From assembly GCA_011109175.1 (NCBI GenBank), contig RDEW01000014.1, positions 1,226,143-1,290,142 of the forward strand: DNA of 64,000 nt, written 5' to 3'. Position 1 is the stretch's first letter. Every line of letters starts with the position of its first letter. The translations under genes and the position numbers were made by a program. Source of the stretch: Dicyema japonicum. Its lineage: Eukaryota > Animalia > Dicyemida. The notes under the pieces were generated by a model. It was not told where the DNA came from, searched no databases, and saw only the letters and a list, made by a program, of their open reading frames with translations. This document shows, piece after piece, positions 25,140-38,359 of this stretch.

Positions 25140-28100
25140 AACAACATGTTACGAATTAGGTACTAATAAGTCTGCCTGTTAGGCCTAGACTCTTCATCCC
25201 GGTACCTTTTTTTTCTGATAATCCATTCTATGTCTTTTTTACTTTGACGTCCTGATTCGGATGTTCTCCTTGATCGGCCTGACAAGTTTGTTCTCTTCCT
25301 CCGTCAGGACTTCATGTAATTTCTTACCGTGTTTTCTCCAGTCGGGCAGAATCTTTTCTCTCGAGGGGGTGTAGAACCATCCCTCGCTTCCGTAGATCAG
25401 TCTGGGAAGAATCACATTCCGGAAGATGAAGAGCATGGAATCAACGTCTAGCTTCAGTCTTTTAGTGCAGTACAGTGCCTGAAAAGCCTTTTTCCTTCGC
25501 CCTTCGATGTCCTTCATGTATGATCCTCTTCCATTGACTGAAATCCCCAGGTATTTCAATGACGAAACTCTCGGTATACAGAGAGTGTAGGGCTCCTCCT
25601 CATGTCTACCCGGCCTGCTTATCCTCAAATAACTGGATTTTTCCGTCGAGAGTTTCATGCCTCTCCGATCGCACCAACCCTGGACTTCGTCGATAAAAAC
25701 ACCTAGTCGCCGCTCTGAGATGTATGCCTTCAAAGATGAATCCAGGATTAAAATGTCGTCCGCGTAAATCATTAGCTTGGTTCTGACGTTCTGCGGAGAC
25801 GGAAAATCTTCCATAAATATGTTAAATAGCAAAGAGCTAAGAATAGATCCCTGTGGCACTCCATTTTAAATGATATTCCATCCGAATAACTTCCACCAAC
25901 TACCACGTGGGATATCCTCCCGGTTAGATAGTCTTTCAACCATAGGAACATTTCTTTGGTTATTTTAGAGCGAACTAGTTGACGAAATAACGCCTCGTGC
26001 CATACACTGTCGAATGCCTTTGATATGTCGAGACAAATAAGGCTCAACTGGCTTTTCTTCTCCAGTGTATTTATAATTTCGTAGTTTAGTGAGTGGATAC
26101 ACTCTCCACATGATCTTCCCGGACGGAAACTAAATTGATTTGGTTGTAGAAAGTTGCTCTTTTCTATATACCGATTCAGTCTCTTAAATACAATACGTTC
26201 CATAATCTTTGATGTAGAACATATAAGACTTACCGGCCTATAACTGAAGGGATCCTTCCTTGCTGTTCCTGGCTTGAGGATCATCTTAACAATAGATCGT
26301 TTCCATAAAGGAGGCACGTGTCCGAGCCTGAAACTCGAGTCATACATCTCTCGTAGAACAGACAATAGTTCATCAGAACCTTCTTTGAACATAATCATAG
26401 AAATGCCATCAAATCCTGGGGCCTTGTTCTTGCATTCACGAATTGCTGTTCTAACTTCTGCCATTGAGACTTTTTCTGTCAAACTATCCAGATCTTCCAT
26501 AGAGTAATCCATGAAATTAGGCAACTCCTCTGAAAACTTTTCATTTATAACACTAATAGGATCAACACCCTGTATATTCTCTAGTTGATTTCGGAATACC
26601 GAAGGAACTTTTTCCAATGGGATTGTCCTTCCATTTTGATCGGCTAGCTTAATGTTTTTCGCTTTTAAACTCCCATTCGTTAGCCTCCTGTACATTTTCC
26701 AGAAACAAGGGTTTTTCCAGTTAACCTTAGAGGCTGCACTCTTCAATTTATTTTCGGCGTTTACTCTCCAAGCTTCTTGTAGCATTGTTTGGATCACATC
26801 AATTCTGTATTTCAAGATTTTCCTGTCCCACATATCAATACATCGTCTGTGCTTCGCCTTCAGAGTATTCCTCTCGCGAATAAGATCCCGTATTATAGGT
26901 GGGCAAGAATTTTTGCTCTTTAGAAAGCTCTTCAAGTAAACCTTCCTTCCATATAATTGAAGATACGTCAGCATAGTGCTGGATAGTACCCTGTCGTAAA
27001 CGTCCAGCTCATTAGGTGTAGAACAAGAGATAGTCTTCGATAGTAAGGTCTCAGACAAATAATGACGATAATGTACCCAGTCTATCGACGAAGTATCGTA
27101 GTATAGGAAAATTAGGTGTAGAACAAGAGATAGTCTTCGATAGTAAGGTCTCAGACAAATAATGACGATAATGTACCCAGTCTATCGACGAAGTATCGTA
27201 GTATAGGAAAATATTTTCTGCAATGTTTGGTTCTAAGTTTATAGATATTTCCTGCGGAATATGATCACTCCCAATGTCCCAAAGCAACGCTGGTCCGTCC
27301 ACATAATCCAGGAGCTGTGGAGACACTAGAGCCAATCCCAACATGTCAGCTCCGTTGTATGAGAAATGGTTAGGTTCTTTAGACGTCAAGACCTCAACTC
27401 CAATTTCGCTAGCCAGATCTGCAAGGAGTCGACCGTCCCCATTATTTTTGCAGCATCCATAGCGTTGAGGTCTCCTACCAAAATCGACATCGGGTTAGTT
27501 CCAAAAAATTGGACAATTTTTGCAGAAGATCAGGCCAAGTCCTTAGAATCCTACGCTTATCCATTTCCCTCCACATAGAATATCCACAGACACAAATTCC
27601 GACCGTTTCGAAAAAAGATTGAAGTTCCAGTTCCAGCCACTGCTCCATCTTTCCATGGAATGCCCACCGAGTTGTACCCTTCCATACTATATTTTTTTCC
27701 TTGTTTGATTTTAGTCTCGTTGACTACCAAGACATCCATCTTGGCAATCCTCACAAGTAGCGCTAGTTCATCATGCCTTCTCACCAGGGAGCGGGTATTC
27801 ACCAGCACTACTTTCAATTTACTTTTCAGCGGTTTGGTTGGTGGCCTGCGCTCTCCACAGCCAGGTCCACCAGACTCTAAAAATCCACTTTCAGCATTTT
27901 GCATAAATTTTTTCAGACGAGAGAGAATACCATTCAGCTCCCGAGATACCGACTCGGGGATTCCTGCTTTGCTCTGTTCATGTTTACGTTTGGCGCCCAG
28001 ATTTACAGATCCATCACCAATGTGAGAGCTATCAGTTTCATAATCTCTTCCGTCTGTTTGACCATCTCGTAAACTTCTGACTTTCTCTGCAAGTTTTTCC

Positions 28101-29100
28101 TTTTGGCTCTCCTCTCCACCGGCCAATCAGGAGTATGTGAAGTATTGGTCCACTTCATTTCTTGGATTGGCTTGATTCCTTCTTTTCTAGACACTGTTTG
28201 TCTGGAAATTATTTTCTTCGATGCTTCTCTCATTGCCGGACACCCTCTATAGCGGGCATTGTGTCCTGCTCCTCCACAATTGATACACTTGGTCTCTACG
28301 TTCGATGGATATTCACACATAAGAAGATCGTGCTCCCCTCCACACTTGATGCATCTCTTCTTTTCCTTACACTGTGCCGCGATGTGGCCGATGCGTTCAC
28401 AGTTGTAGCAGATGGGAGGGGGCCTCTTCATCCACTCACACTCGATCTTGTTTGATCCAATGTAGAATCCACAACGTATCAACGATGAGGCCTCCGCGTT
28501 ACTACTAACTGAGGCCTTTGCCATAGGCATAGGCTGTGATCCTCTTGACATTCGGGTTACAATCAAAGTTGAGGGTGCCATCTCCTGAAGGTAATCAAGG
28601 AGGTCGTTCTCACTCACCCAGAAAGGAAGGTTCCTGAGAACAATCTCACAAGGTTTCGATATGAGCGTTCTGAAGTGGTGGTTGTCAGGTCCAAAGGGAC
28701 AGGTCTCATTTATGGCCTTCATATATTCGACCATGTGGTTATTGTCGCGGAAATCTAATCGGAAGGAGCCCGGTCCTTTGTGGCTCATCCTCAAAGATCC
28801 ATATTGATCGTAAAAATGTAAAATATTCGCAATTTTTATCGGACTCATAGTACAGTGAACTGTGATCAATAGTGACTTGTTATCTGTAGAATCTTCTATT
28901 TTTGGTTGTTCTATAGGTTTGGACTTTACAGTTTGGTTGTGTGTCGTAGGGTTGTTCTCAAGTTTAGAGGGCTCCAAAGTGAACGACCCAGCCGTAGCAC
29001 ATCCTGGGGGACGAGAAGAGCTGTTGGTTCTCATCTTTGGGGCTTTCGAATTTGATATTTTTCCTCTAACAACCATTTAATATTTTTGTAGAACTGTAGA
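25140..29100 (-). mobile_element. Near full-length gag+APE+RT LINE (I/Jockey group)
   Basis: gag 28003-29076 (CYNCERIGHIAAQC, CIKCGGEH, CINCGGAGH); APE 27051-28126 (VNTRSL, VNETK, GSDH); RT 25239-27058 (APGFDG, YRPVSL, LDISKAFD, PQGSILS, YADD, KYLG). Confidence 0.92.
27011..27210. repeat. Exact 100-bp tandem duplication
   Basis: 27011-27110 equals 27111-27210. Confidence 0.95.
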
Positions 29101-29149
29101 ACAGAAAATTGAATCCTCCTGTAGAACTTCATTTATTTTAGAAGACAAG

Positions 29150-30470
29150 ACAAATTTTATTTTCTAACAAACCCCAAAACTAATTACTGTAAAGAAACCA
29201 AAACCTGAACCAAAACTAATTAAGTGGGTTTTTATTCATCGTGTAGGGTCATTTTATGAGACACCACATGTCTCTACTTCGTTTGGACCCCAAAAATTAC
29301 ATCACATTTTCCATAAGTGATGTAATAATTTTTCTATCTTTCTGACTTTCAGGTCGTAATCCTCTTCGATATTGGATTTTAAGTCCAGTCCATATGCCAA
29401 TTTAATCGCAAATCTTCTGGACTTTTCCAATTTTTTGACAAAGACATCACTTTCTTTTGTTCTAAACCATCCTTGATAACCATATATCAAGAATGGTTCA
29501 ACACACGCCGAATACACAAAAAGAAAAGTTTCAGGCTCCAAATGAAATCGAATTAAAGATTTCAACATTCCTGTAGCTTTCTTTCTTCGTGTTTTAATAT
29601 GTTCCTTGAAAGATCCTCTTCGGTCTATCAACAATCCGAGATACTTCAATGTTTCAGAGATTTTTATATCCCCAGTATTCACACATTGATTAATATTTTT
29701 TCTTTTACTTGCAATCCAAGTGACTGTTGTTTTTTCCCTCGATAGAGTCAACCCATTGTTTTGGCACCACTTTCCAATCTTAGTAATATGGGATTCCACC
29801 CTTTTCCATGAAATTTGTTTATTCATGCTTGAATCAAGCACAAGAATGTCATCAGCATAAATAATCATTTGACTATTTACGCTCTCTGTTTTTGGCAAAT
29901 CTCTCATTACGCAATTGAAGAGTAGCGGGCTGAGAATTGAACCCTGTGGAACTCCTCTTCGCAATTCAATTTTCTTTGAAATTAAATTTCCAACACGTAT
30001 ATATGACTTTCTTTTTGAAAGAAAGTTTTCTATCCATAATAACGCAGTTTTCCCAATTTCTGCTTTTGACAACGTATCAACAAGTCCAAAGTGCCAAACA
30101 CTGTCAAACGCTTTTGTTATATCCAAACATGCTATTGTAAGAAATTCCTTTTTATTTCGTGAAATTTCGATTGCAGATCTTAGCTCTTTAAAGCAATCTC
30201 CAGTCCCTTTTTTATGCCGAAATCCCAGTTGATTATCAGAGAGAAAATTATTATCCTCAACATGCCTTGATAGACGATTGAAAACAATTTTTTCCATAAC
30301 TTTCGATATTGAGCAGACTAGGCTAATTGGCCTATCTGCTTTTGACCTTGGCTTTCCTTTTTTCACAACCATGCGTACAATTGTTCGTTTCCAATAAGCT
30401 GGAACATGACCAAAACTCCAAGAAGAATTATATAATATTTTTAGGCACTCAATCAAAATTGGGCCTGCTT
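29150..30470 (-). mobile_element. 5'-truncated I/Jockey-like LINE with open RT ORF
   Basis: ORF 29302-30504: RPISL, QLGFR, LDITKAFD, GVPQGSILSPLLF, YADD, KYLG. Confidence 0.92.
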
Positions 30471-30806
30471 TATTTATTTTAGAATTAGTTCCAGTAGAGT
30501 TCAAATAGAATTGTATTTTTAATAATAATATAGTGTTATCGTTTGCATTGATTCATTCGATAAGGCAGAGGCGTATGATATTATATTTATCACAGACATA
30601 AACCTCTACTTAAAAAAATATAGATCTCAGAAATAATAGCTTGACTATCCAAAGTAAATTCGTTATTAAAAACAGCGAGCAGATTAGTGAAACATGTAAT
30701 TAATAATGTTATTTCAGACTGCAGTGCCATTGTGGACAAGTACAATGTCCTTGGCAATTGTATAATTTACTTTTTACTAACTTAATCGGTTCTTTTTTCT
30801 GGGATC

Positions 30807-31028
30807 TAAATTGGTGTTAATTAATTCAAATTTATTATGATTTAAATAATATCCTAGTTGGACAACTGAATCACACATCTCTACTCTTGACTCGGAAAGA
30901 ATAATTTCAGTTAAAAATAAATTGGTGTTAATTAATTCAAATTTATTATGATTTCAATAATATCCTAGTTGGACAACTGAATCACACATCTCTACTCTTG
31001 ACTCTGAAAGAATAATTTCAGTTAAAAA
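30807..31028. repeat. ~111-bp near-perfect tandem duplication
   Basis: TAAATTGGTGTTAATTAATTC...TCAGTTAAAAA occurs twice, with about 2 substitutions. Confidence 0.9.
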
Positions 31029-31854
31029 AGATGAGGAAATGAATCAAATATGATAGGTTTTAAAGAACGGATAGGTTTCCTTAGATTTATGAATGACATG
31101 AGCATTATCTCAATTATCTTATATAGTTTTGATCCCTATCGACATAATTGTCACTGAGATCTTTCTAAAGATATTCAAGGAGATCGATTATATAAACACA
31201 GTTGCTTCTTAGAGAGTCAGGCGTCCAAATTTTTTGAGAATATTCCTCGTCGGAGTACTTAAATGTATTGGCACATAACTTCTTTTGTCATCCAATGTCA
31301 AACTCTACGGATCGACACCCTGAATTTTTTTGATTCTTGAATCCTTGAGCGAATGCCGAGGAAGCTGATATAATAATTGTCAACGAAACGAAGATCAAGT
31401 CAAATGAGAATACAGTACTTCCGGGTTTCGAATCGATATTTTTATACTGGAAAGAGGGGGCTATACCATTGGACTGGAACATCATCTAAAGACAAGGAAT
31501 CCCAGAATTGTTTCATCAATTTGTATTCTCGAGCTTCGTGACAGGTTTTGTGACAGTTTGCGAAAGAATCATTGTCTGCGATGTAACCTGTGTGGATATT
31601 TCTCCACTTCGTTCCTTCTGAGATCTGATCATAAACCAAGATCTATTGCATTTAAAGACGTCTTACATAATAACGCTGCTCTTCTACGAATGTCTTCAGT
31701 TGTCGCTTTGTATCAGGCATAATAATGGACTTTGGAGATTCAGTAATACCCAGATACTTATATCCTTCGTGTTCTCCAGGGCTCAAACTGACTCGCTACA
31801 TATTTGTCTGTTTGTCGCAGAGTTGGAATAATTCAAATTTAATCCTATACTCTC

Positions 31855-32700
31855 AAGGACGTTTTATTCAATCAGATTTGGATTTTGCCTTAATTCTAGA
31901 GGCAAAACTAACTCATAAAAACGTGACTCCATCTTTTCTAGAATATTCCGTCTTCCACAGAGACAGAAAATATAGAAAAGGTGGAGGAATCAGATCAATG
32001 TAGTGAAGTTATCAAACAGGATATTGATTCTTTCAAAACTGTGATACCTACCCAACCCGGTCCCTCAAAGATTCCCACTATCAATGACACTATTCAATCT
32101 ATTTACAAGTAACCTTCAAACTCTCAAAACACCATGCCGAAGATCTCATTGTGGCACCGTGATCACAAAGAGGCTACGCAGAGGGTTCAAGAGATCCTCG
32201 ACTATAGGAATCCTGGTTTCTCAAGAACCGCATGGACACATCTCCTGGGAAGTCGAACACTAGTTATCTCTTCCTATAACCAGTTAACTTGAATGGAGAA
32301 CTCACCCCGTTAAGAAGAACCCCTCCATCCGTGGAGTCACATTCGACCCTCTGATGACGTTTTGCATCATGTGCATACATTAGTTTCTCGAGTCCAAAAA
32401 AAAGGGATCCTCAAAACCTTAGCTAGAGCCCCATAGTCTTCTCCTAGAATTATACAATATATCCTAACGTAACAGAATTACATCCCCCTGTTGAATACAC
32501 TAAATGTCACAAAAGTGATGGAACATCTCGCGGACAGACATAATAACTTCTTAAAAATGGCTAGGTCTTCTGGAAGCCCCCTTGAAGAGGACATTTTTGC
32601 GTACCAGGAGAATGCTCGTAAATTGGACATTCGTAAAAAATTCCAGATAAACCCGAAACAGAAGGAGATGCTGAATTTTTAAATTACTTTTATTAATATC
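31855..32700 (+). mobile_element. Heavily deleted Vingi-like LINE remnant
   Basis: DFALILEAKL..HRDRKYRKGGG (APE) and GVTFDPLMTF (RT) fragments. Confidence 0.6.
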
Positions 32701-33894
32701 AGTCGATTGTTGCCCCAGTTTGAATCTGTACATTACCCCCACCTCCATTTATGAGTCTGTGTACGTCCGATTGGAACTTTTTTATTTTATTCAAAAACCA
32801 GTGATCCAGCCACTATCGAAGACCTCATATCTTAGGCATTTGAATATTTATCAATTGATCTTCCATAAATCTTTGAACCTCCATAGTTCGACCTCACTGA
32901 CATGTATAAGACCAGCTACAAGCGTCAACCTGAGAGAGTGTTGTGAGCATCCATAAGTCCCTTGCAATCATTGGCGGTAATAAAAGGATTTGATTGGTAA
33001 TATCACTAAATTGGTCAGGAAAGGTAACCTTAACCAGGATCTCGAACAGATTCGCGATAGGATTCTTATGAAATCTCAATCAAGAGTTTCTTTCAAATCG
33101 TCTATTGGCGGGGGGGATCTTCTCGGGGCCTTCTCACTAATAGAATAAAACAATATTCTTCTCAGTGACTGTGGACACTGTGCTAATAGCATTTATCGCA
33201 TTAGTTTTTAGAATTCCCTCCCAATCAAAGCAAACAAAGTGGTAGTTATTAAACCAATATTTCACAAGTTAGCTCAACCCCCCCTCAAACATTACTCAGA
33301 TAAATGTGGTAGCGTAATCTGAGAGGCCATTATAACGAGAAGACTATCCGTAAACGTTCATTTATTCAAATAAAACTCAAACAGTCTGCATTCTCTAAGT
33401 TTCCTCAGGAAAGCTAGCATCTCCCGTTAATAGAACTGCTTCAACTGTAGATTTGATGAGTCAATTATTTTATAAAAACAAAACAGCCGATCATTTAGAA
33501 TTCCAAATTCTTTTTTAATATATACTTTTCAAATGAAGGAAACTGGTGGATGACAAGAAGGTAACTACCAAAAGCGAACAGTTCAGCACCCAAGTATGTC
33601 TGGTGTAGAGCAGAAATTAAAAAAGAAACAAGAAATATCAAGTCTTCTAGTCTGCTAAAAAGCAGAGAGGCACGACATCGATTTTGTTTATGTAGTCTAG
33701 TAAAGCCATATCTGTAAAAAGTTGTCCACGTTGATATAAATTGGTTTTAGGAGTGCGAACTTTGTGGGCTTCATGTGGATAATCTGCTTGTGGAGAAAAC
33801 TGCCCATATTTGTAATAAACAAACCCAACCTCTGACCAGTACCAAATGACCGCGAAATAATTTAATTGGTGGTGACTAAAGGACGAATTATTTA

Positions 33895-34185
33895 TTTATT
33901 AACCCCGGATACACCGAGAAAGAAGTTAAAGTAGACAACTAATTAAGTGTATCCAGTTTCCACTTCAACAGAAACAGAGTCCATCCGGAATCAACATAAA
34001 GGGTAAAACGTCCATTACATGCAGTTGTGGAAACCCCTCCAGTGGAGTGGAGAAGAGCAAATGATCCTTTTTCGAGCCGGCCTGGCACTGGGCGTCACCT
34101 AGACAGGTGGATCACATGACGCCACTCTAATAGGAAGAGAGAGGAGGAACAGACAAGCAAGCAGAAAATTTAAACCAATTAACCG
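33895..34185 (-). mobile_element. Vingi-like LINE 3' end (~290 bp)
   Basis: Reverse-complement homolog of 52105-52410 (GAGTGGCGTCATGTGATCC, CCACTCCACTGGAGG, GTATCCGGGGTTAA). Confidence 0.8.
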
Positions 34186-34456
34186 AGCAGCACCACACGG
34201 CGCCACGCAGCAAAATTCCAGAAATATCAAGGTACCATTCCCAGATATCATTGAAACATTAACTTAGCTCTTCATTAAAACAAGCATAGATTTTCGTTAA
34301 TTCATACAAGTGCTCCACCTCATTAAAGAAATAATAATTAATTTTTTCAATAATTATATTATTTATTGGAAGAAAATCATAAATCTTAATTCATTCAAAA
34401 TATTATGTCTCAAGACAAATTTTTTCTCATAATATGTCACAGGCTCTATTGCACAC

Positions 34457-35035
34457 ATGTCTAATACGCATTTGAATAATCCTTGGTTTTCTACCCTTAC
34501 CTTCAATGCCAGGGGCCTTAATGACTGGTCGAAGAGCCACCAACTATGTCTGGACCTTGCAAAATATGGATGCTCTGTTTGCTGTCTCCAAGAGACGAAG
34601 CTCAGAAAAGGACTCGATGAAAACCTTGGAGACTACAGACTAATCCTCCTTCCATCGTACTGTAAACACTATGGACAGGGTTTCGCTGTTCACAAGAATT
34701 TGCTCCCCAGATTACATCGATATTGGAAAATTGATGACAGGATATGTGTTATTCAATTTCTTATTGGACCCAAAGGGAAGTCCAGGCAACTAATTTCCAT
34801 TGTGAACGTGTACGCCCCACATAGCGGCCGTTTTGCCAAAAACCCAGAGGAATTGGACGTTTTCTACGAGGAACTTGTCGAGGTCGTATCTTCTCTGAAG
34901 TTTTCATCGTTCCTCTTTATCGCTGGTGATTGGAATGCTAAAGCTGGGGTACATCAAGGACACGAACGTTTTATTGGACCACATGGAAGGGGAGTCAGGA
35001 ACCATCCCGGTACTGCTTTAGCATATTTCTTGAAG
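34457..35035 (+). mobile_element. RTE-clade LINE 5' fragment (APE domain)
   Basis: TFNARGL, CLQETK, NVYAPHS, AGDWNAK; homologous to 49180-49800. Confidence 0.9.
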
Positions 35036-35262
35036 CGGTAGGATTCTCGGCAGTACTGGAACCTGTGGGATTGGACCGCGGAGATAGGAAAAGACCGGAT
35101 GGGTTAACTATCTTTCCGTTCACTGAGGGAAAATCGCTCGTATGGGACTGCACTGTTGTGGATTCTTTCTCGAACTCGATGATGCTCAGCGCAGTCTGCT
35201 GGTTCGGCAGCCGATCTAGCAGAGAAAATCAAGATTAAAAAATATGGCGAAATTGGAGACCG
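35035..35262 (+). mobile_element. CRE-like endonuclease fragment
   Basis: EPVGLDRGDRKRPDGLTIFPFTEGKSLVWDCT, homologous to 17183-17920. Confidence 0.8.
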
Positions 35263-35264
35263 CA

Positions 35265-35975
35265 AAACCCCAACTAACTAAACAAGGTAAGAGCCATTAA
35301 CTAAAGAGGAAAGCCAAGATTTGGGGTCGTCTATATCGGGGCACTCTCATGAGACACCGTATGTCTTTTCTCCGTAAAAAGCCCTTATTACAATGCGAGT
35401 TTCCACAAGCAATGTAATAAATCACCGATTCTTCACGTTTTTCTTTCGTATTTTTTTAAGCACTCCCGGGAAATCAAAATATAATTAGATTAATTAAGTT
35501 CCCCTTGTGCCACGTTCAGTATCCTCCCACACATCTTTTTCCATGTTCCCCTGTTCCGGGCCATTGCTCGTAATGAGTCAAGATCTTCACCATTTTGTAG
35601 TTTTGTTTATTTGGATAAGGTCATCATTTAGTACTGAAGGCAACGTCGCTCTAGCCCTGCCACGGAATGATCCCTTCAGTTGTGCGAAATAGTTCTCCAT
35701 TGCAATGTTTGGTGGAGTCAACATATCCATTCGTAAGATGTGACCAAAAAGTCTCCACCTAGCCTTGAGAATCTCCTCTGATAATGGCCTTAAGCCACAT
35801 CTTTTGTACAGTTCTGAATTTGATATCTCCTCTGATACATTCTTTCGTATTCGTCATCAATTTCAGATGCTAAATCCAATCCATGTGCGAGTTTAATTGC
35901 ATACCTTCTTGTCTTTTCTAATTTAGTTAGTAGGACTGATTCCTCCTCTGTTTTAAACCAACCTTGATATCCATA
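35265..35975 (-). mobile_element. Mosaic of I/Jockey-like 3' fragments (35265-35470, 35820-35975) and an RTE 3' fragment (35490-35825)
   Basis: YGYQGWF..RRYAIKLA and LLHCLWK match 29302-30504; WRLFGHILRM..TPPNIAM..FRGR match the RTE family. Confidence 0.75.
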
Positions 35976-36084
35976 GCGTTCCACCTGCCATTGTGATTGA
36001 GGGTGTCTTGGTCTACCATGAATCGCTGTTATTTCCCGATCACATAATAATGCTGAAACTTAAGTGTTACAAAACTCTTTTTCA

Positions 36085-36292
36085 ACTCTTTTCACGCTTA
36101 ATCGCTTTGTTGACTCAAAATAAAATTCTTTGTTTTTTGAGGGAACAAGGGACCGATTCTTTGGCCTCTTCTATTTTCGACCTTTTCACGCTTAATCGCT
36201 TTATTGACTCAAAATAAAATTTTTTGTTTTTTGAAGGAACAAGGGACCGATCCTTCGACCTCTTCTATTTTCGACCCTTTTCACGCTTAATT
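36085..36292. repeat. Imperfect ~100-bp tandem repeat (2+ units)
   Basis: CTTTTCACGCTTAAT occurs three times; GACTCAAAATAAAATT..GAACAAGGGACCGAT occurs twice. Confidence 0.8.
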
Positions 36293-36344
36293 GTTTTGGG
36301 CACAATGTCGAGACCGATGAAGTTCTTGGTTTCATCATCTAGAG

Positions 36345-38359
36345 CAGGGGTTCCCAAACTTATTCAGGTCATCGCCCCCTTTAACAAACTTTTAAAAAAT
36401 ATCGCCCACCGGGAAAACCTATATGGTAGCGAGTTGGAAATAAAAAATTTAATAATTAATGTGAACAATGATATTGCAAAATGTAAGACACAAATTTCTC
36501 AATATTTGGCTTCATGTTTGTAAGCCTAATTCGTAGATCTCCTCTTTCAACGATGTCCAAGTGGTTTCTCCTTTTGGTAGCTGTGATACAATACTGAAGC
36601 CTCTCTCAACCAATTAAGAAGTGGGAAAATTAATAAAAAACAATTTTGATTTTTTCAATAACATGATATTTTTCAGGAATAATTTTTTGCAACCAAAAAT
36701 CTTGATACGACCGGTGTTTAAAAGTGGGTTTAATTTCAAAATCGTTTTTTAACATAATTAGTTGCTCTTGACAACAAGATTCAACGTTATCTACATTCTG
36801 AAAGAGGTCTATTACCCAATCTGGAACTTTGAATTCACATAAATCTTTGAAACGTCCCTTCATATCTTGTTCAAGAGTGATCAAAATTTTCAATATAAAT
36901 TTCGATATCATCTTCAGAAAAGATGTTTTTAAAACCACTGAGACGTGGAAATTGGATTAATTCCAATATTCCTACAAAATAAAGGTTTCAAAATAAATGC
37001 AGAAATAAGTGACTGCCTAAATTAATTTAAAAAAATAATACCCTGATTAAATTAATATCAGCAAATTCACGTAAAGTTCATTAAATTTAGCAAAAATATC
37101 TAAGTAAGCCTCATCATGTTTAATCCGGGCCAATTTGAGAGTTTAAAAATTAGAGAAATTGTACAACAGTGCTGAAAAGAAAGAAAATCCGAACCAAACA
37201 GTCGCCCTTTGATAACCACCGTAGTTTGTATTAATAGTCGTATAAAATCTTCATTTTCAATACATAGCTCTCGAGAAAGACGTGAATTTAAAGAGTTGGA
37301 TTTAATTTTGTAAATAGCAGAAATAACTGTATTGAGAGAGTCACGTAGACGACCATTTGTATTTTTAGCAACCAGATGCTGTCGATGGATCACACAATGA
37401 ATAGTCATTACATTTGATGTTTAAGTATGACATAAAACCGCGATAGCGACCAATCATTGAAGATCAGTTGCACATGCAACTATAAAGGTATATCTTTAGG
37501 ACAGAGAAATACATGGACTTTGTCAAACATTGATTCCCCTTTATATCAGTTTTAAGCTTTCGAGCAAAAAGTAATTCATAATTCGACCATCCTTGACAAA
37601 ACGTACATATGCAAGCAATAATGAGTCATTTCCAATAAGTATTGACTCATCTATTGTAGACTGAATTCCGTATTTTTAAGTATTAAACAAAGATCGTTTT
37701 CCACATCGAAAGCCATATCATATCTCTGTATCGTATTGTTGATAAGCGAAATCGACTTAATATGGGAAGGTTGGTGTATTACTGTTTTCAGTACTCATGA
37801 ATTGATGGTATTATCAGTACCTCCCCAATTGTGTGCGGTTTTCACGACTTGGCGATAAGTAAAGCGATGTTATGTGATGCAACAACGCTATCATCACTAC
37901 GAATATTTACTCCAGGCTCCGTTGACTTTTTCGTTTCCTTCGAAACTTTTGGAAAAACGTCCTGGTTATTTGGACGGAACTATATTTTAATAAAAAATAA
38001 GAACCTTTCGTAAATGCTGACTTAATCTAGAAGGCTTCATACCCTCGTTAGAAAATGACTTTGAGAATAATAAACAGAAATGTAGTCTTTTATCATTAGG
38101 AGATGCGATGAAACCATATTTTAAATATTGAATATTATATTGACGAATTTTTTTATTTAGTGTCTCCATTGTTAAATATACAAATACACTGCAAATCACG
38201 CTTGTGTCAATTTAAAATTACAGGTTCACCATACTGAAATTCTATAATATTAATTAAATGTGTGATATAAAGTTTACGGATAATTTATTATCGTCCACTT
38301 GAAATTAAAATTCCCTTGATAAACGATTTATTCATAAACGCCCCCTTTGGGAAACCCTG
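36345..38359 (-). mobile_element. hAT (Buster/SPIN/Charlie-like) DNA transposon with decayed transposase
   Basis: TIRs CAGGGGTTCCCAAA / TTTGGGAAACCCTG (1 mismatch); RQYNIQYLKYGF..MKPSRLSQHL (BED finger), IHCVIHRQHL, RFKDL..PDWVID. Confidence 0.9.

Noticed and set aside
27011-27210. ~100-bp tandem duplications (also 20628-20818, 30807-31028, 60439-60553) as a biological repeat system or CRISPR-like array
   Set aside because: Two-unit, near-identical, about read-length duplications without spacers; most likely assembly overlap or haplotype artefacts.
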